Assembly: GCF_009914755.1 (NCBI RefSeq)
Contig: NC_060928.1
Source of the DNA: the human T2T-CHM13v2.0 reference genome, Homo sapiens
DNA length: 64,000 nt
Direction: 5' to 3' (one strand)
Of this stretch, positions 43,979 through 57,699 are shown one piece after another. Positions within the stretch are counted from its first letter, which is position 1. Each line of letters opens with the position of its first letter. The notes under the pieces are model-generated. The model did not search any database. It was not told where the DNA came from and saw only the letters and a program-made list of their open reading frames with translations. A program made the position numbers and the translations under genes.

Positions 43979-46900
43979 CTGCATATACTTCTGACAGGAA
44001 TAAAAAATGGCATAACTTTTCTGAAAATTAATTTGGTAATATATATCAACGACTATATAATTCATATTCTTGGACCCCAGAATTTTATGACTAGGAATTT
44101 ATCCTAAAGATATAAAAATGTGATTGTAAACATTTATACACAAAATTGATCATCACAGTGTTATCTATTCGAGCAAAATCTGGAAACAAATGTCCAAACA
44201 TAAGAGAATCATTTAAAAAGTTAAAATCTAATTGGAGTGTTATGAGCTATTAAATACCTTGTTGATGAGAATGCAGGTGTACAGAATCTCTCCCCTACTT
44301 TATCAATAGGTGTATAAATTGGCATAACCTATAGAGAGCAACCTGGCAACTCATTCCTTCATTTAAGTAATACTTACTGAGCACCTGGCACCATTCTAGG
44401 TACTTGGAATATCTGTTACAACTTAAACTACATATATCATTTGACCTAGCAATTCCACTTCCAGGAATTTATCCTTCACATATGTTTCCAAATATAGGAA
44501 ATAATATATTTTTATCCTTTGCAACATGTTTGTAATAGCAAAACCTTGTAAATTAACTAAATGTTCATCAATAGAGGACAACAAAAATACATCATGACAC
44601 ATCCGTACAACAGAATACTATTTGATGTACAAAAAAAATGGGCTTATTTATGTGTTGAGATGAAACAATGTACAAGACACATTTTTTAAGTAAAATAAGT
44701 TAAGGTGCCAAAGAGTATGAAATACAATCTGTAGGGAAGTAGAATATGCATGTGTATGTTTCACATGGAATATCTCTGGAAAGGTACGCAGAAATTGTTA
44801 ACATTGTTTGTCTCCAGAGAAGAAAACTGGATAGTTGGTGGAAGAGTGAAAAAAAAAAGACTTATACATATCTTTATACCTTTCAATTCTGAACTATGTA
44901 AATAAATCATATGTTCATAAAAGTAAGTAACGTATACATTTTTGTTATACTATATAAAGAAAATATAAATAATATTAAATTACATTAAAAGTATACAATG
45001 TTACATGAAAAGAATAGGATAAGATTACATGTGTGTATGTGTATAGATCTGCAATATGTGTATAAACATACTACATTCACATACAATTTTATTTGTAAAA
45101 TATTATGCATATAAAACATATTTTTTAAAAAGGACTAAAAAATTGATGTTAATAGTTAATACTAGTCATTTTCAATCTTTCTAATCTTTCTATAAGTAAA
45201 TACCACTTTTATTACAACAGAAACAAGTTATAAAAACTAAAATGTGCTTAGAAAATACTGCTGACCTAATAAATGACAATTAGAAATTGCCATTGCATCA
45301 GAATGATGGTACAGTAAAGAACCCAGCAAAACAAGTCACAACAACCAACCATGTTGGCTCATAAGGGGCCTCTTAACAATAGGGAAGCGCTTCTAAGAAA
45401 GAGTTTCAAGACTTTCACAAAATCCCAGCATCATATATTTTCCATATCTTCTGCATACAACCATAAAGATAAAACAAGGTAATAAAAGAAAATAACAAGC
45501 AAGTAAACCCTGTAAATTCCAAAATAGTTATTATTCCATACATACCCATGTAGAATTTTGAGCCACATAGTCAAATAAATGCCATCATGAATAATCAAAA
45601 AGTTGGCTCTGCATCATAGTTTGTTTATTCATATGTAATAAGGTCAAAATCCATTAAAATAAACTTAAGAAGACACTCCACATCATTTACTGATTATACC
45701 AGAGTCTCATTGACAGCATCAAGCATTGCTTAAAACCAGGGCTCTAATTGGGACGTAGAAATATTTTCATTAGACACCGATTTCTCTTGTAACCCTTTAT
45801 CTGACCATCTCATTCATTTGCTGAGAGTCAGGCTCATAGCTCTGGGCTTGAAACAAACAGCACACATCTAAAGTTTAGAGTTTGCTATATTTGCTTTTCT
45901 GCTAATAGGATAAAAGATAATAATTTTTACAGAAAAATAAAAGCCTGCATCTTCTGCCCTACTCAGGACCTTTTCTCAGCCCCTAAGTCTCCTGCTCACC
46001 TTTGTTTCTATCCCCAGCACCGTGCCTTGTGGCCATAAGCACTTAATTGATACTTGTTTAAACAAATTCGCCCTGCCACAGTCGGCTAAGTGACAAAGCC
46101 TCTGAAACTACAGGTTTGAAGTGAACTAAATATGAATTTTAAATGTAACCATATTTCACTTCAATACAACAAAATTTCAAAAAACTAGAAGTTGTCATAA
46201 AACTGAAGACTCAGCATTGCATTAGCACAGTGTCCTTTATAATTTTAACAAATTACTAAAACAAATTTTAGAATACATGTCATTAAATCAATGTATGAGT
46301 CATATAAGAAATGTTCAATATAAATCAAACTTGAATGGGACCAACACAAATGCTTCCAAATAAACTCAAGTCAATAATAATTCACTGTCTCTTGTATGCA
46401 AAAATGAACTATTTTAGGACCTAATAAGACATATAAATCGTAATCCCCACTGAAATGAATTTAGGATTACTAACTAGTAAACAAATATGACTGCTACCTC
46501 CTAAGTTACAAGTTAACCATGAAATTAGCAGGCTTTAGAAGTGGTTTAATATTACACAATGATACAATCTAGGACATCTTAAGTTATATGGCTTTTGAAA
46601 ATGACTTAATGTTGTATTCTTTTGAAAAGGGCTTTTGATGGAAGAAATGGCTTTGATTGCTGCTTAGATACCACGATAAAGCACGAGATCACGGCATTTC
46701 ATTAGATCCAAATTAGCTGGATGACTCTGAAGGTTTCTTAGGTGCTTACAAAAGAAGTCAGTCCTTAGAGAAATGCTGACAGCTGTGGCATTCTTCCTTC
46801 TTCAACTCCTGCATCCCACAAAGTTGGCTGCTTCGCAGAATCGCATTAAGTAAGAAGCTAAGGAGTGAGAGAAATCAAGTTGCTTTCTGGATTTCCCATG

Positions 46901-47332
46901 GCACAAGTAACAGCTGTAGCCATTAAGCAGCCACCAGGGGACATAGAGCAACGCCCCAAGTAAAGGAATTGGGTTAGAAAGCAGTTCCATAAAGAGCATT
47001 AGCCAAGGTCAGCAGGAAGACCTCCAAGCAAGATCAGTCCAACATTATGGTAGTAGCAAATATCTTTCTGTATCACTGTGCCCCACATTTGAGAACAAAT
47101 ATTAGAACTCATATGTTGACAGAAAAAAAGCCTGTGTAAGTAGTAATTATGGTCCTCTCATATCAATATTGTTTACCAAAATTGGAATTTGACATACTAG
47201 GAAATCTCATCCCATGTCAGTTATTTTCAGAAAAGCAGGTAATCACAGAAAATATTTACAATTCTTGAGACACAATTTATCAGCTATAGACACTACACAA
47301 TGATCCTACGTATATCAAAAAATACCCCAATG

Positions 47333-47640
47333 AGGCCGGGTGTGGTGGCTCATGCCTGTAATCCCAACACTATGGGAGGCTGAAGTGGGTGAATCATTTG
47401 AGGTCAGGAGTTCAAGACCAGCCTGGCCAATGTAGTGAAACCCCACCTCTATTAAAAATACAGAAATTAGCCGGGCGTGGTGGTGGGTGCCTGTAGTCCC
47501 AGCTATTCAGGAGGCTGAGGCAGGAGAATCACTTGAACCCGGGAGGCGGAGGTTGCAGTGAGCCGTGATCACGCTACTGCCCTCCAGCCTGGGCAACAGA
47601 GTGAGATTCCATCTCAAAAAAAAAAAAAAAAAAAAAAAAA
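47333..47640 (+). mobile_element. AluS
   Basis: Full Alu with long poly-A; flanking cccaatga repeat. Confidence 0.92.
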
Positions 47641-48095
47641 CCCAATGAAAAGATTTATACCAACCGATGGCTACAGAATACATAAATTTAGTAAAGTCAT
47701 ATTTTTTCCATGTTGCTACTAGGATGATCTAAGAAGGAGATAACTAAATTTAGTCTTCATTCCAATCACACTTAAAATAAATAAAGGTAAGACATGATGC
47801 TGGACCAGAATCTTAATTTTTAAAGCCATTTCCAAAAACAAAATACCTTCTTATAGTGAGATAGTCCCATCTATATAAGAACAGGATGTTAGAATGATAT
47901 TTTATGTAATTTCTTCAAGACCAAATGGGTATTTTCTCCTCTTTTTTTTTCTTCCATTGTAAGTTAAAAGAGAATCATAAATTCTACTCATTCCTCTATC
48001 ACACGTAAATGTAAAAATGTCTGGATTTCTTTACTTCCAAGAGAATCTCATGTTCAGTGAAACCTGAATCAGTAAATCAGTAAATAACATTACAT

Positions 48096-48226
48096 ATATA
48101 GGTGTGGGGTGTGTGTGTGTTTGTGTGTGTGTGTGTATACACACACACTTTTGACACATATATGTATGTGTATATGTATATGTGTATATATATACACATA
48201 TACATATACACATACATATATGTGTC
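48096..48226. repeat. Mixed (TG)n/(TA)n/(CA)n simple repeat
   Basis: Direct reading. Confidence 0.85.
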
Positions 48227-48743
48227 AAATGAAAAACATCAATATTTCTCTTAAGACATCTATTAATATTTAATAGATATGCTAAGGAACAATAAGCTTT
48301 TCTAAATAAAAATTAATTAAAAGTTATGACAAATTAAGCATTATTTGAACAGCATGAGTCCTGGGAACCAAAGATGATCCACAAAAGTTATGAAAACCAA
48401 ACTGAACATCAACAGCTCAAATGTGCCCAGGCATAGCAGGCACCACTGTAGTTACCACCATAAGTTGAGGAAGAACTAAAGTAGATGCTTCAGTTCAGCT
48501 GTCATATTAAAAACATACTCATTATAACCACATCCTCAGGGCCCATGCTGCTCAACTGTACAGCTTTTATAATACACATATGTAGGAATGAAACACAAGT
48601 CCTTTGCCGACCAAGTTATCTTCTGCTATAGTGAATCCTTCAGATTATAGCTATAAACAGCTTTACCAAAGGACTCTTAAATTTAAGTAAGTACAAATTA
48701 AATTTTTCTCCCTGCTTTTCATGTGTCCCATAGATGACAGTAC

Positions 48744-48826
48744 CTCTGTTTTCAATGATAGTCCACTGTTAAAGAATATTGTTGCAACAGCAATGTAGGA
48801 TACAGTTATTTCTGGCTTCAGTGGTC
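48744..48826 (-). CDS. SLC10A7: SLC10A7 exon 2 ([28 protein letters not shown])
   Basis: Acceptor ttttctctttttag|GA, donor GAG|gtactg; 83 nt, keeps frame with exon 1 (cumulative 183). Confidence 0.96.
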
Positions 48827-48902
48827 CTAAAAAGAGAAAAAAGAGTTATTGCTAGAAAAGAATTTCAGTAGATAACTTGGCACAAAAGAAGAATCTATTT
48901 GT

Positions 48903-49205
48903 TCACACCTGTAATCCCAGCACTTTGGGAGGCCGAGGCGAGTAGAGCACTTGAGGCCAGGAGTTCAAGACCAGCCTGACCAACATGGCAAAACCCAGTC
49001 TTTACTAAAAATACAAAAATTAGCCGGGCATGGTGGTGCATGCCTGTAGTTCCCAGCTCCTTGGGAGGCTGAGTGGGAGGATTACCTGAGCCCAGGAGGC
49101 AGAGGTTGCAGTGAGCTGAGATCACGCCATTGCACTCCAGCCTGGGCAACAAAGCAAGACTCTGTCTCAAAATAATAATAATAATAATAATAACAACAAT
49201 AATAA
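48903..49205 (+). mobile_element. AluS/J with (AAT)n tail
   Basis: Alu lacking its first bases, about 77 nt from the exon 2 acceptor. Confidence 0.9.
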
Positions 49206-49956
49206 TCTACTGCAGGACAACAAATGGTACTTTAGATATCAGTGTCACCCCTGGTGTCTTACTGTCCCAACAGAGGTAAGCATTTGTGTGATGCAGCCTA
49301 ACTCCAGAGAGCATTTTCCAGAGGGCAAGGACCGTGGCTGTCTTGCTCAGCACAGTGTCTTCAGACCAGAAGAATAAAGAAGCACACAGGACAGCATGTA
49401 AGCAACATCCTTCAATAGAGGTCCTAATTATATCTATCATGGTATCAGCACTTATATAACAATCAAAATACCCCCGAGCCCAAAGAAGGGAATCAATGGA
49501 AGAAGTTCCCTTCTCTTTAGCAAATATTATTTCATTTCTTCTAGGATATCAGAAACAAAAGCTTATAATCACACATGCATTCAGTTCTGCCCAAGAGTAT
49601 TCATTCTACAAATACTTATTGAGCACTTGCTATGTGAATAAGATAATGCATATAAAGTACTTAATAATATATTGCTATGACCGTAATTATTATTAAATTG
49701 TGCTAGGCCCTAGAGATATGTGGTGACCCAGCCAGGCCTGGTCCCTGCCTTCCAGGAAATCCTCTCTGGAGTTAGGATGGCAGCATTCAAATGTGTTAAC
49801 ACTGCGAGAACAATACTTAAAAGTATCATTTGTGAGTGGATATAAGTATCATTTGTGACATGTACACAATTGGCTTGAAGACCTAATGTGCTAACAAAAA
49901 ACAACATTCTTTCAAAAAATGCAGTCCTGAGAAAATGACATTTTATACCTATATAG

Positions 49957-50180
49957 CAGTGGTTCTCCAGCAGTAGAAATCTTACCCTCCATGGACATTT
50001 GAAAATGTTTAGAAATGTTTTTTGGTTGTCATAACTTGGGGGATAGGATGTGCTACTAACATCTAGTGGGTAGAGATCAGGAATTCTATTAAACATCTTG
50101 GAAGGCATAGAACAGCCCCTCCAACAACAAAAATTATCATGTTCAAAATGTCAATGTGCCAAGGCTGAGAAATCTTGGTA
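49957..50180. mobile_element. MER20 (hAT)
   Basis: cagtggttctc start, ttttggttgtcataact, catctagtgggtagag, gccaaggctgagaaatc end. Confidence 0.8.
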
Positions 50181-50239
50181 CATGGCAACATTTAAAAACC
50201 TAAGATCATCTCATATTTGGCATCCTATTCAGTCTTCTT

Positions 50240-50667
50240 GTACTAGATTAAATAGTGTCCCCCGACTCCCAAAATTCATGCCCACCCAGAACCTGTGAAT
50301 GTCACATTTTTGGAAATAGGGTCTTTGCAGATGTAATCAAGTTAAGATGAGGTCTTATTGGATTAGGAGGGACATTAATCCAATAACCGGTATTCTTAAA
50401 AGATGGAAATTTGGACACAGACACATGCACAAGGAAGATAGCCATGTGATGACAGAGGTGGAGGCTGGAGTTATATTGCCACAAGCCAAGGAACGGCTGG
50501 CAACCACCACAAGCTAGAAGACTCAAAGGATTCTTTCCCAGATGTCCTTTGGAGGACATCTTGACCTCAGACTTCTGGCTTCTAGAACTGTGAGATAATA
50601 AATTTCTGTTGTACTGAGCCACCTGGTTCATGGTAATTTGTTGTGGCAGCCCTAAGAAACTAATACA
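50240..50667 (+). mobile_element. MLT1 (MaLR) solo LTR
   Basis: ggaaatagggtctttgcagatgtaatcaagttaagatgagg...gcagccctaagaaactaataca. Confidence 0.85.
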
Positions 50668-50770
50668 CTCACTTAAGCAAAACAACAGGACAACAATCAC
50701 GGCTCCTCCATAGCCTGAAACCCTCCACTTGTTCGATATATGGACAGAAGACCAAGCTCAGGAAAAATCA

Positions 50771-50772
<2 letters not shown>

Positions 50773-50822
<50 letters not shown>

Positions 50823-51062
50823 ATATATAATTAATATATATTATGTATATAACATAATATATAATATATGATACAATAATGTACATAATATATAATATAC
50901 ATAATATCTCAAGGCCCCTCTGAGAGAGAATATATATTATATATAATAATATATTTTATATAATATATAACATATTATATACAATATATAACATAATATA
51001 TAATATGATAATATATAATACATTATTTAACATAATATATAATATTATCTATATATAGAGAG
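50773..51062. repeat. (AT)22 plus AT-rich degenerate repeat
   Basis: Pure AT dinucleotide 50773-50816, then ataatat variants. Confidence 0.92.
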
Positions 51063-53184
51063 AGATGACCTACTATGTCTTAGGCATTTGTAGTACAACA
51101 ATGAATAAAAGAAACAAAGATTTCCTCAAATGCTGTAATAAATTATTTAATATGCCTGGCATTTACACAAATCATTTTGCTGAGATCTAAGAAAAGGGAA
51201 AGAAAGGGAGAAGGCAAGTGCAAAAGGCATTGCATTTGGGGGCAGTGAAGGCTGCTCAAAAACTTTTATAAGAGGTACATTATCTTTATATTTGTTAGTG
51301 AATCTGTCTCAGCAGCTCACACAGGTAATATTTCTTCAGCAGCTAAGCAAGGTGATTCAGGAGCAGATTTTAAAGTCAAGGAATCTGGCTTGCTTGGGAA
51401 GTAGAAGTTTCCCAGGAATTTTAAATACCCTGGTCTCCAATAGTTCCTCTTCCCTAAGCTAGCTACCTTAACCTAGAGAGAGTCACCTGGTATCTTCAAC
51501 TGTAAAAGAAGCATGTTGGCTTAAAACACTTTAAATATTCCCCTCCCCCTCTTAACATTCTATTATAATTAAACAAAGGAATGAATTATCCTACATTAAA
51601 GACAGAAGGACTAGTGGAAATGGGAAATGGCATTTCTATGATACAATAATGTACCAAAATATTAATAAGCAGAGTCTATGGAACACATAAGTTTGCAGAA
51701 TCTATCTCATACATGCCACTGCAGAAAAGCCCCACGGAAATGATTCAGCATTCAACACCTTTCTTCCCACAGAATATTTAGGAATGCAAGGTAAAAGATA
51801 TTTTGCCAAACTTAGCCCCTGCAGATTTAAAGTTAAAGATCATACATCCTCTGTAATTTCATCTCAAAACTGAGCAAATAAGAGATCTAACACGAGAAGC
51901 GATAGCTAGTGAAGTGTGCATTGCAGATCATGCAAAGGTACTCTAAGTCTTACTATTCATTTAGCTCCGGGGATAGGGGGTCTTCATTTGACAGACCTGA
52001 TCTTCACAAGAGTTTCCCAAAAGTTCACAGAGCAGCAGTGTTAAAGAAGAAACTATTACCATCAATCAGAGGGAGAAACCACCAGGAATAACTGCTTTAT
52101 TCTCACAGTTACATATTCTACACATTTTGTTCTAAGTTGAATACAGAAGAACAAAATTTTAAAACAAACAATCCTTCATCTCCACAATTTTGGTTTAAAT
52201 AATTCCTTTTAAAATGTTCCCGGAAGCTACTTCTAAACAGAGTAATGGGGTGGAGGTTAAGGGGAGAAGGGACCACTGCTGTTCTCCTAAGAGATCATTT
52301 CATTCACTTCCATCATGTTTTAACAAAAAGATAAAAATAACTTCAAATATCCTCCTGAGCGCTTCCTACTATGAAAGATTGTGCCTGTTCACCTCTATCC
52401 TTATTTGCTCCGGTTGCATGAGTTAGGTATTAAACCTGTCAATAAGCTTGGAAACTGACAAACAAGGTCAAAAAGACAAGCGAATTGAATAAATTCAATT
52501 AATGTTTATGAAAAGTAGTACAAGATTGTCTAAAGGTGTTGGGGGGGGCATAAAAAACTAATATTTCTAATGTTCCCACCAGTGCCCATCATCTCCTGTA
52601 CAAAGCTCCCACTATTCAGAGATCTAAGTATGCTTTCAGTCCATCTACATTTCCTTGCCAAAACACACACTACACTACACTACACATAGTCTAACAGTCT
52701 GTATCTGTTAGACTGCTAGTATAGCAACTGAATCCCGGCAGCACACGGAAGTATGCTGTAATGAAGTGTCCTGTAATCAAAGAGTGCAACGTGTCAGTCG
52801 GCTTGGGAGTTTCTGGAGCACCAGCAACTACAGCAAATCATCACTCTCCAACATGTGGGCCATAAAATCTGAGTTGGGGGCGGAGGTGTCCCTTTTCTTG
52901 TTTTTCCTCCACTTTTTTTTTTAATGTGGGGGCGGGGAGGACTCGAAAGTAGACTCGATAATGAGGTCCACTCCAAGATAGATACGGAACTCTTAGCAAC
53001 CTAGATTCCCTTGGGATAGGATGCTACTTTGAAGGCAAGAGGATTAAGTTTCATTCTCTGTAACCTCACTTCTTGACACTCAGGATAGTCATTGTTTGTC
53101 TACGGAAAAGGCTACCTGCCCTCAAATTCCTTTGCCTCGTTCCTAATTACAAGTTCCCTCTGGGGTTGGTAAATTAGAAAATCA

Positions 53185-53481
<297 letters not shown>

Positions 53482-53559
53482 TCACCTAATCCTTGGAGCG
53501 TCTCCACACTTTCCTTGGTCCCTCCAGACATGCAGCAGAGCAAGTCAAATTGCCGATTG

Positions 53560-54625
53560 TAAAGTAAAGACCTGGGGGTTGCTCCGGCGGCTTTGAGGAG
53601 GGTTGGGAGTAGTAGTAGCCAGTGACAGGAAAGTCTCACTGAGCGCCGCCATCACTACCACGCGCCTCAGAATACACGCGCACAAACGCCCCCAGCGCCT
53701 CTGGCCGCGGGCTCGCAGGTGCAGATGCTTTGAAATGAAGAACTCGGACCAGGCCGACAACGTGGGCGATCCGGCAAGGGAGGCTGGCCGCCGGATGGGG
53801 CTGACAAGCGCACCGCTGTCGAGACCTGCGGAACCTTCTGAATGACGAGGGGTCGGGGAGAGCGTCGTAAGGCGCCACAGCCAGCAAGCCTCACTGACTG
53901 TCCTTTTCTAACAAACCTTTAGGCACAGCCACCCACCCTTCTGGAGCATATCTCCATGGAGAGCCTCTCTTTTGCTGTGCCATGACTCCGCGGGCAGGGC
54001 TGACGTGTGCTTGGGGCAAGGGATTTCTCCGTTGAAGCTGCGGCAGCGGGGTGCAAGTTTGGAGACGCGCTTCTTCGGGACATTACGGCGCTTCCACGAC
54101 GCTAGCGCTGACGTATGCGCGGGGGGGAGGGGAGGCCACTCTGGATCTCCGAGTTCCCAGCCTGAGCTGCCGGAGTTAGAGGTGTCCGCGCGGGAAAGTG
54201 GCTCGCTGGTGGGCGGGGAGCCTTATCTCTGGCGGTGGGTTGAAAATCCGGCGCCGGGCAGATGCCCACGTTCGCTGGACCCCTGCTTGCCGGCGTCCGC
54301 TACAACCCAAGGAAGGTGGGCCCGACCTCGCCAGGTCGCTCGCCTGCGGGTGGGCATTTGGTCCGGATCCCCTTCCCTCTGCGGCCCACACCTGTCTCCG
54401 GGACTGGGGAGGGCTGCAGGGATCGGGGCAGATCTGCCTTTGCGGGCCGAGAGTGACAGCTGAAGTCTCCCCACCAACTAAGCTACTCGCGGGCGGAGTG
54501 GGGTCTGCGCTGGCAAGCCCCTGGGCGCGCGGGTGCCCGCTCTGGCTCGCCCCCAGGGCTGACCTACCCAAGCCACAGGAAAACTCTGGGAAGAGGGTCG
54601 CGGATTCCAACGCGGAAGTGGTGGG
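53560..54625. promoter_or_regulatory. CpG island / SLC10A7 promoter and 5' UTR
   Basis: GC- and CpG-rich in an AT-rich background, directly upstream of exon 1; YY1-like GCCGCCAT 53645-53652, CRE-like TGACGT at 54001 and 54109, ETS CGGAAGTG 54613-54620. Confidence 0.88.
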
Positions 54626-55515
54626 GGATTGAGTCTGAGAGGTTGGGGAGTCCTACCTTCCATTGCCACGAGTGCTAGTTCTATCTGCCAGTTTCTTCCT
54701 TGAAATGTCTTGTGGCAACCAGTGACATTGATGGTTTCATGAATGGACTTCCTACCGGTAGACCCTGCAAGAGCATGAACTCCACTGTATCATTCATCCA
54801 AATGAAGAAAGAAAGAAAATAGTATGTGATATTTTGAAATAACCTGGCATCTGCCACTTAAATGGTTAAAAATAGAACTTAAGGTTTGGAAGAGATTGTT
54901 TCGTGATGACAGACTTTAATTCTGAATTTATTCAAAGCTGGAAAGACACTCGTCGTGTCATTTCCTCTATTTAATTTAGCTTTATCTTGATGGCAAGACT
55001 TCCAGAAACTAAGCCACTTTAAGAGTTGTGCTCCCAGTTGTAGGTTACACAGTACCAAGTGTCATCTAATTATACATCAGGCAACATGAAAAAAAATTAA
55101 TTTCAAGATAAAAAGAACTTAACAGGGAGACATAGATGACATTAAGCAGTTTACTCTGAAAAGAGACAGGTACATGAAATATAAAATTTGATGTTAGTTG
55201 TCAGGCAGTCAGAAGATAAGTGAAGATAAATGAAAGATAGTTTACAACATAATTATTTTCTTATAGTAATTTCTTAGTAGGTTAAAGAGTCATACGTCTC
55301 AGTCATTGAAGGGATAGTTTTGTATTAAAACATCATTAAACATTAAGTTTACAGAAATTGAGCTGTTTTAACTGTACAGCTATTCACAAATTATTTACTA
55401 ATACCTCTTTGATCTGTGTAGAGCAGAATCTAACTCAGAGATTTTTTTGTTCTGTTTTTAATGGTACTTAAAGGAAAAGAATATAATGTACCATGAATTA
55501 TATTCTCTTAAGGCC

Positions 55516-55915
55516 TGTATTTGTTTGCTGTGGATGCTGAAACAAATACTCGAACTTGGATGCCTTCAAACAACAGAAATTTATTATCTCACAGTTCTGG
55601 AGGACAGAAGTCCAAAATCAAGATTTTGGCAGAGCCATACTCCCGCTGAAGGCTCTAGGGGAGAGTCCTTCCTTGCCTTTTCTAGTTTCTGGTGGTGCCT
55701 TCCTTGGCTTGTAGCTAGAGTGTTCCAATCTCTGCCACTGTTTTCACATCACATTCCCCTCTGTATTTCTTTCTAGTGGCCACATTATTCTAGTTTCTGC
55801 ATCCATCTTCACGTTGCACCTCCTTTTCTGTGTATCTTTTATAAAGACACTTGTCATTGGATTTAGGGCCTACCCAGATAATCCAAAATGATCTCTCAAG
55901 AGCCTTAACTCAATC
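55516..55915 (-). mobile_element. MLT1 (MaLR) LTR, antisense
   Basis: aacaacagaaatttattatctcacagttctggagg...gtcattggatttagggcc. Confidence 0.8.
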
Positions 55916-56380
55916 ACAGTAGTCCCCCCTTATCCTGAAAGGATACATTCCAAGAACCTTAGGTAGATGCCTGAAACTGCTGGTTGTACTGAACCCTATC
56001 TATATATGCTATGGTATTTTTTCTTATACATACATTCCTATGATGATAATTTTTGGTTTATATTATTAGGCACAATAAGAGATGAACAATAATTAATACA
56101 GTCAGGCATTGCTTAACCACCGGGTTACATTCTGAGAAATGTATGGTTAGACGATTTCATCATTAGAGAAACATCATAGAGTGTACTTACACAAACCTAA
56201 ATAATGTAGTGTACAACACACCTAGACTATATGGTATAGCCTATTGTTCCTAGGCTGCAAACCTATACAGCATGTTACTATACTGAATACTGTAGGCAGT
56301 TGCAACACAGTGGTATTTGTGTATCTAAACATATCTAAACATAGAAAAATTACAGTATAAGAGGTTTTTTTTTTTAATGG

Positions 56381-56510
56381 AGTCAGGAGTAGTGGTGTGT
56401 GCCTCTAGTCCCAGCTACTTCGAGAGGGTGAGACGGGAGACTCACTTGAATCCAGGAGTTTGAGGCCAGTCTGAGTAACATAACAAGATTCCATTCCTTT
56501 AAAAAAAAAA
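56381..56510 (+). mobile_element. Free left Alu monomer (FLAM-like)
   Basis: Single diverged monomer with A tail. Confidence 0.7.
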
Positions 56511-56538
56511 TCGTGGTATACCTGTATAGAGCACTTAC

Positions 56539-56654
56539 TATGAATGGAGCTTGTAGGACTGGAAGTTGTTCTGGGTGGGTCAGTGAGTGAGTGGTGTATG
56601 AATGGAGCTTGTAGGACTGGAAGTTGTTCTGGGTGGGTCAGTGAGTGAGTGGTG
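56539..56654. repeat. Perfect 58-bp tandem duplication
   Basis: tatgaatggagc...gagtggtg at 56539-56596 and 56597-56654. Confidence 0.93.
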
Positions 56655-57270
56655 AATGAATGTTAAGGCCTAGGACATTACACTATTGTAGATTTTATAA
56701 ATACTATACTTGGGCTACATTTAATTTAACAGTTTTTAAATTCAGTAATAACTTACTGTAACTTTTAACTTTATAAACTTTTTAATTTTTTTACTTTTTG
56801 ACTCTTGTTATAGCACTTAGCTTAAAACACATCATACAGCTGTCCAAAATATTTTCTTTATATTCTTATTCTATAAGTTTTTTCTATTTACATTTTTGTT
56901 TTTACTTTCCTAAACTTTTTTTTAAAAAAAAACTAAGACACACACATATTGGCCTAGGCCTGCACATGGTCAGGATCATCAATATCACTGACTTCTACCT
57001 CCGCATCTTGTCCCTGTAGAAGATCTTTAGGAGCAGTAACCTATGTAGAGCAGTCATCTTATATGATAACAATGCCTTCTTCCAGAATACCTCCTGAAGG
57101 ACCTTCCTCAGTCTTTTTGGGAGATGTTGCTCTTTTCAGAAATATGCCTATGGTGTTTTGCCTGATTTATTTCTTTCATCATAGATTTGCATAAATAATG
57201 TGTCACATTATGACATTACAATAACTACATTTTCACTAGATAACAGGAATTTTTCAGCTTCATTATAGTC

Positions 57271-57434
57271 CTTTTTTTTTTTTTTTTTTTAAGAAAGCAG
57301 GTCTCACTCTGTCGCACAGGCCTGAGTGCAGTGGTGCGATCATAGCTTACTACAGCCTTGAGCTCCTGGGCTCAAGTGATCCCGCCTCAGCTTCCCGAGT
57401 AGCTGGGACCACAGGTACACACTGCCACACCCAG
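57271..57434 (-). mobile_element. Free right Alu monomer (FRAM-like or truncated AluJ)
   Basis: 16-bp TSD cagcttcattatagtc at 57255-57270 and 57435-57450. Confidence 0.85.
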
Positions 57435-57699
57435 CAGCTTCATTATAGTCTTATGGGATCACTGTCTTGACCAGAACATCATATGTAGCACATGACTAAT
57501 AAAATAGAACAATTAAGTTTAAAAAAATAGGGGGATTACTTGAACATAAGCAGTGTGATACCACAACAGTATCTGATAACCAAGATGGCTACTAAGTGAC
57601 TAAGGACAGGTAGTGTCTACAGTGTGGATATGCTGGACAAAGGAAGGATTTATGTCCTGGACAGTGCAAGATTTTATCACACTACTCAGAACAGCTTAC

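Larger units (their letters stand above)
55917..57699. mobile_element. MER44/Tigger7-like element interrupted by a Tigger3-like element (about 56099-57497)
   Basis: cagtagtcccccttatcc start; inner cagtcaggcattgcttaac...cattctgagaaatg...gcacatgact; MER44-like sequence resumes (ctgataaccaagatggctactaagtgac) up to the LTR. Confidence 0.7.

Noticed and set aside
52688-52714. 10-bp perfect hairpin agtctaacag/ctgttagact
   Set aside because: About one is expected by chance in 64 kb; too short for a pre-miRNA
53603-54669. Many overlapping ORFs up to 163 aa
   Set aside because: Expected from stop-codon scarcity in a CpG island; no homology recognised
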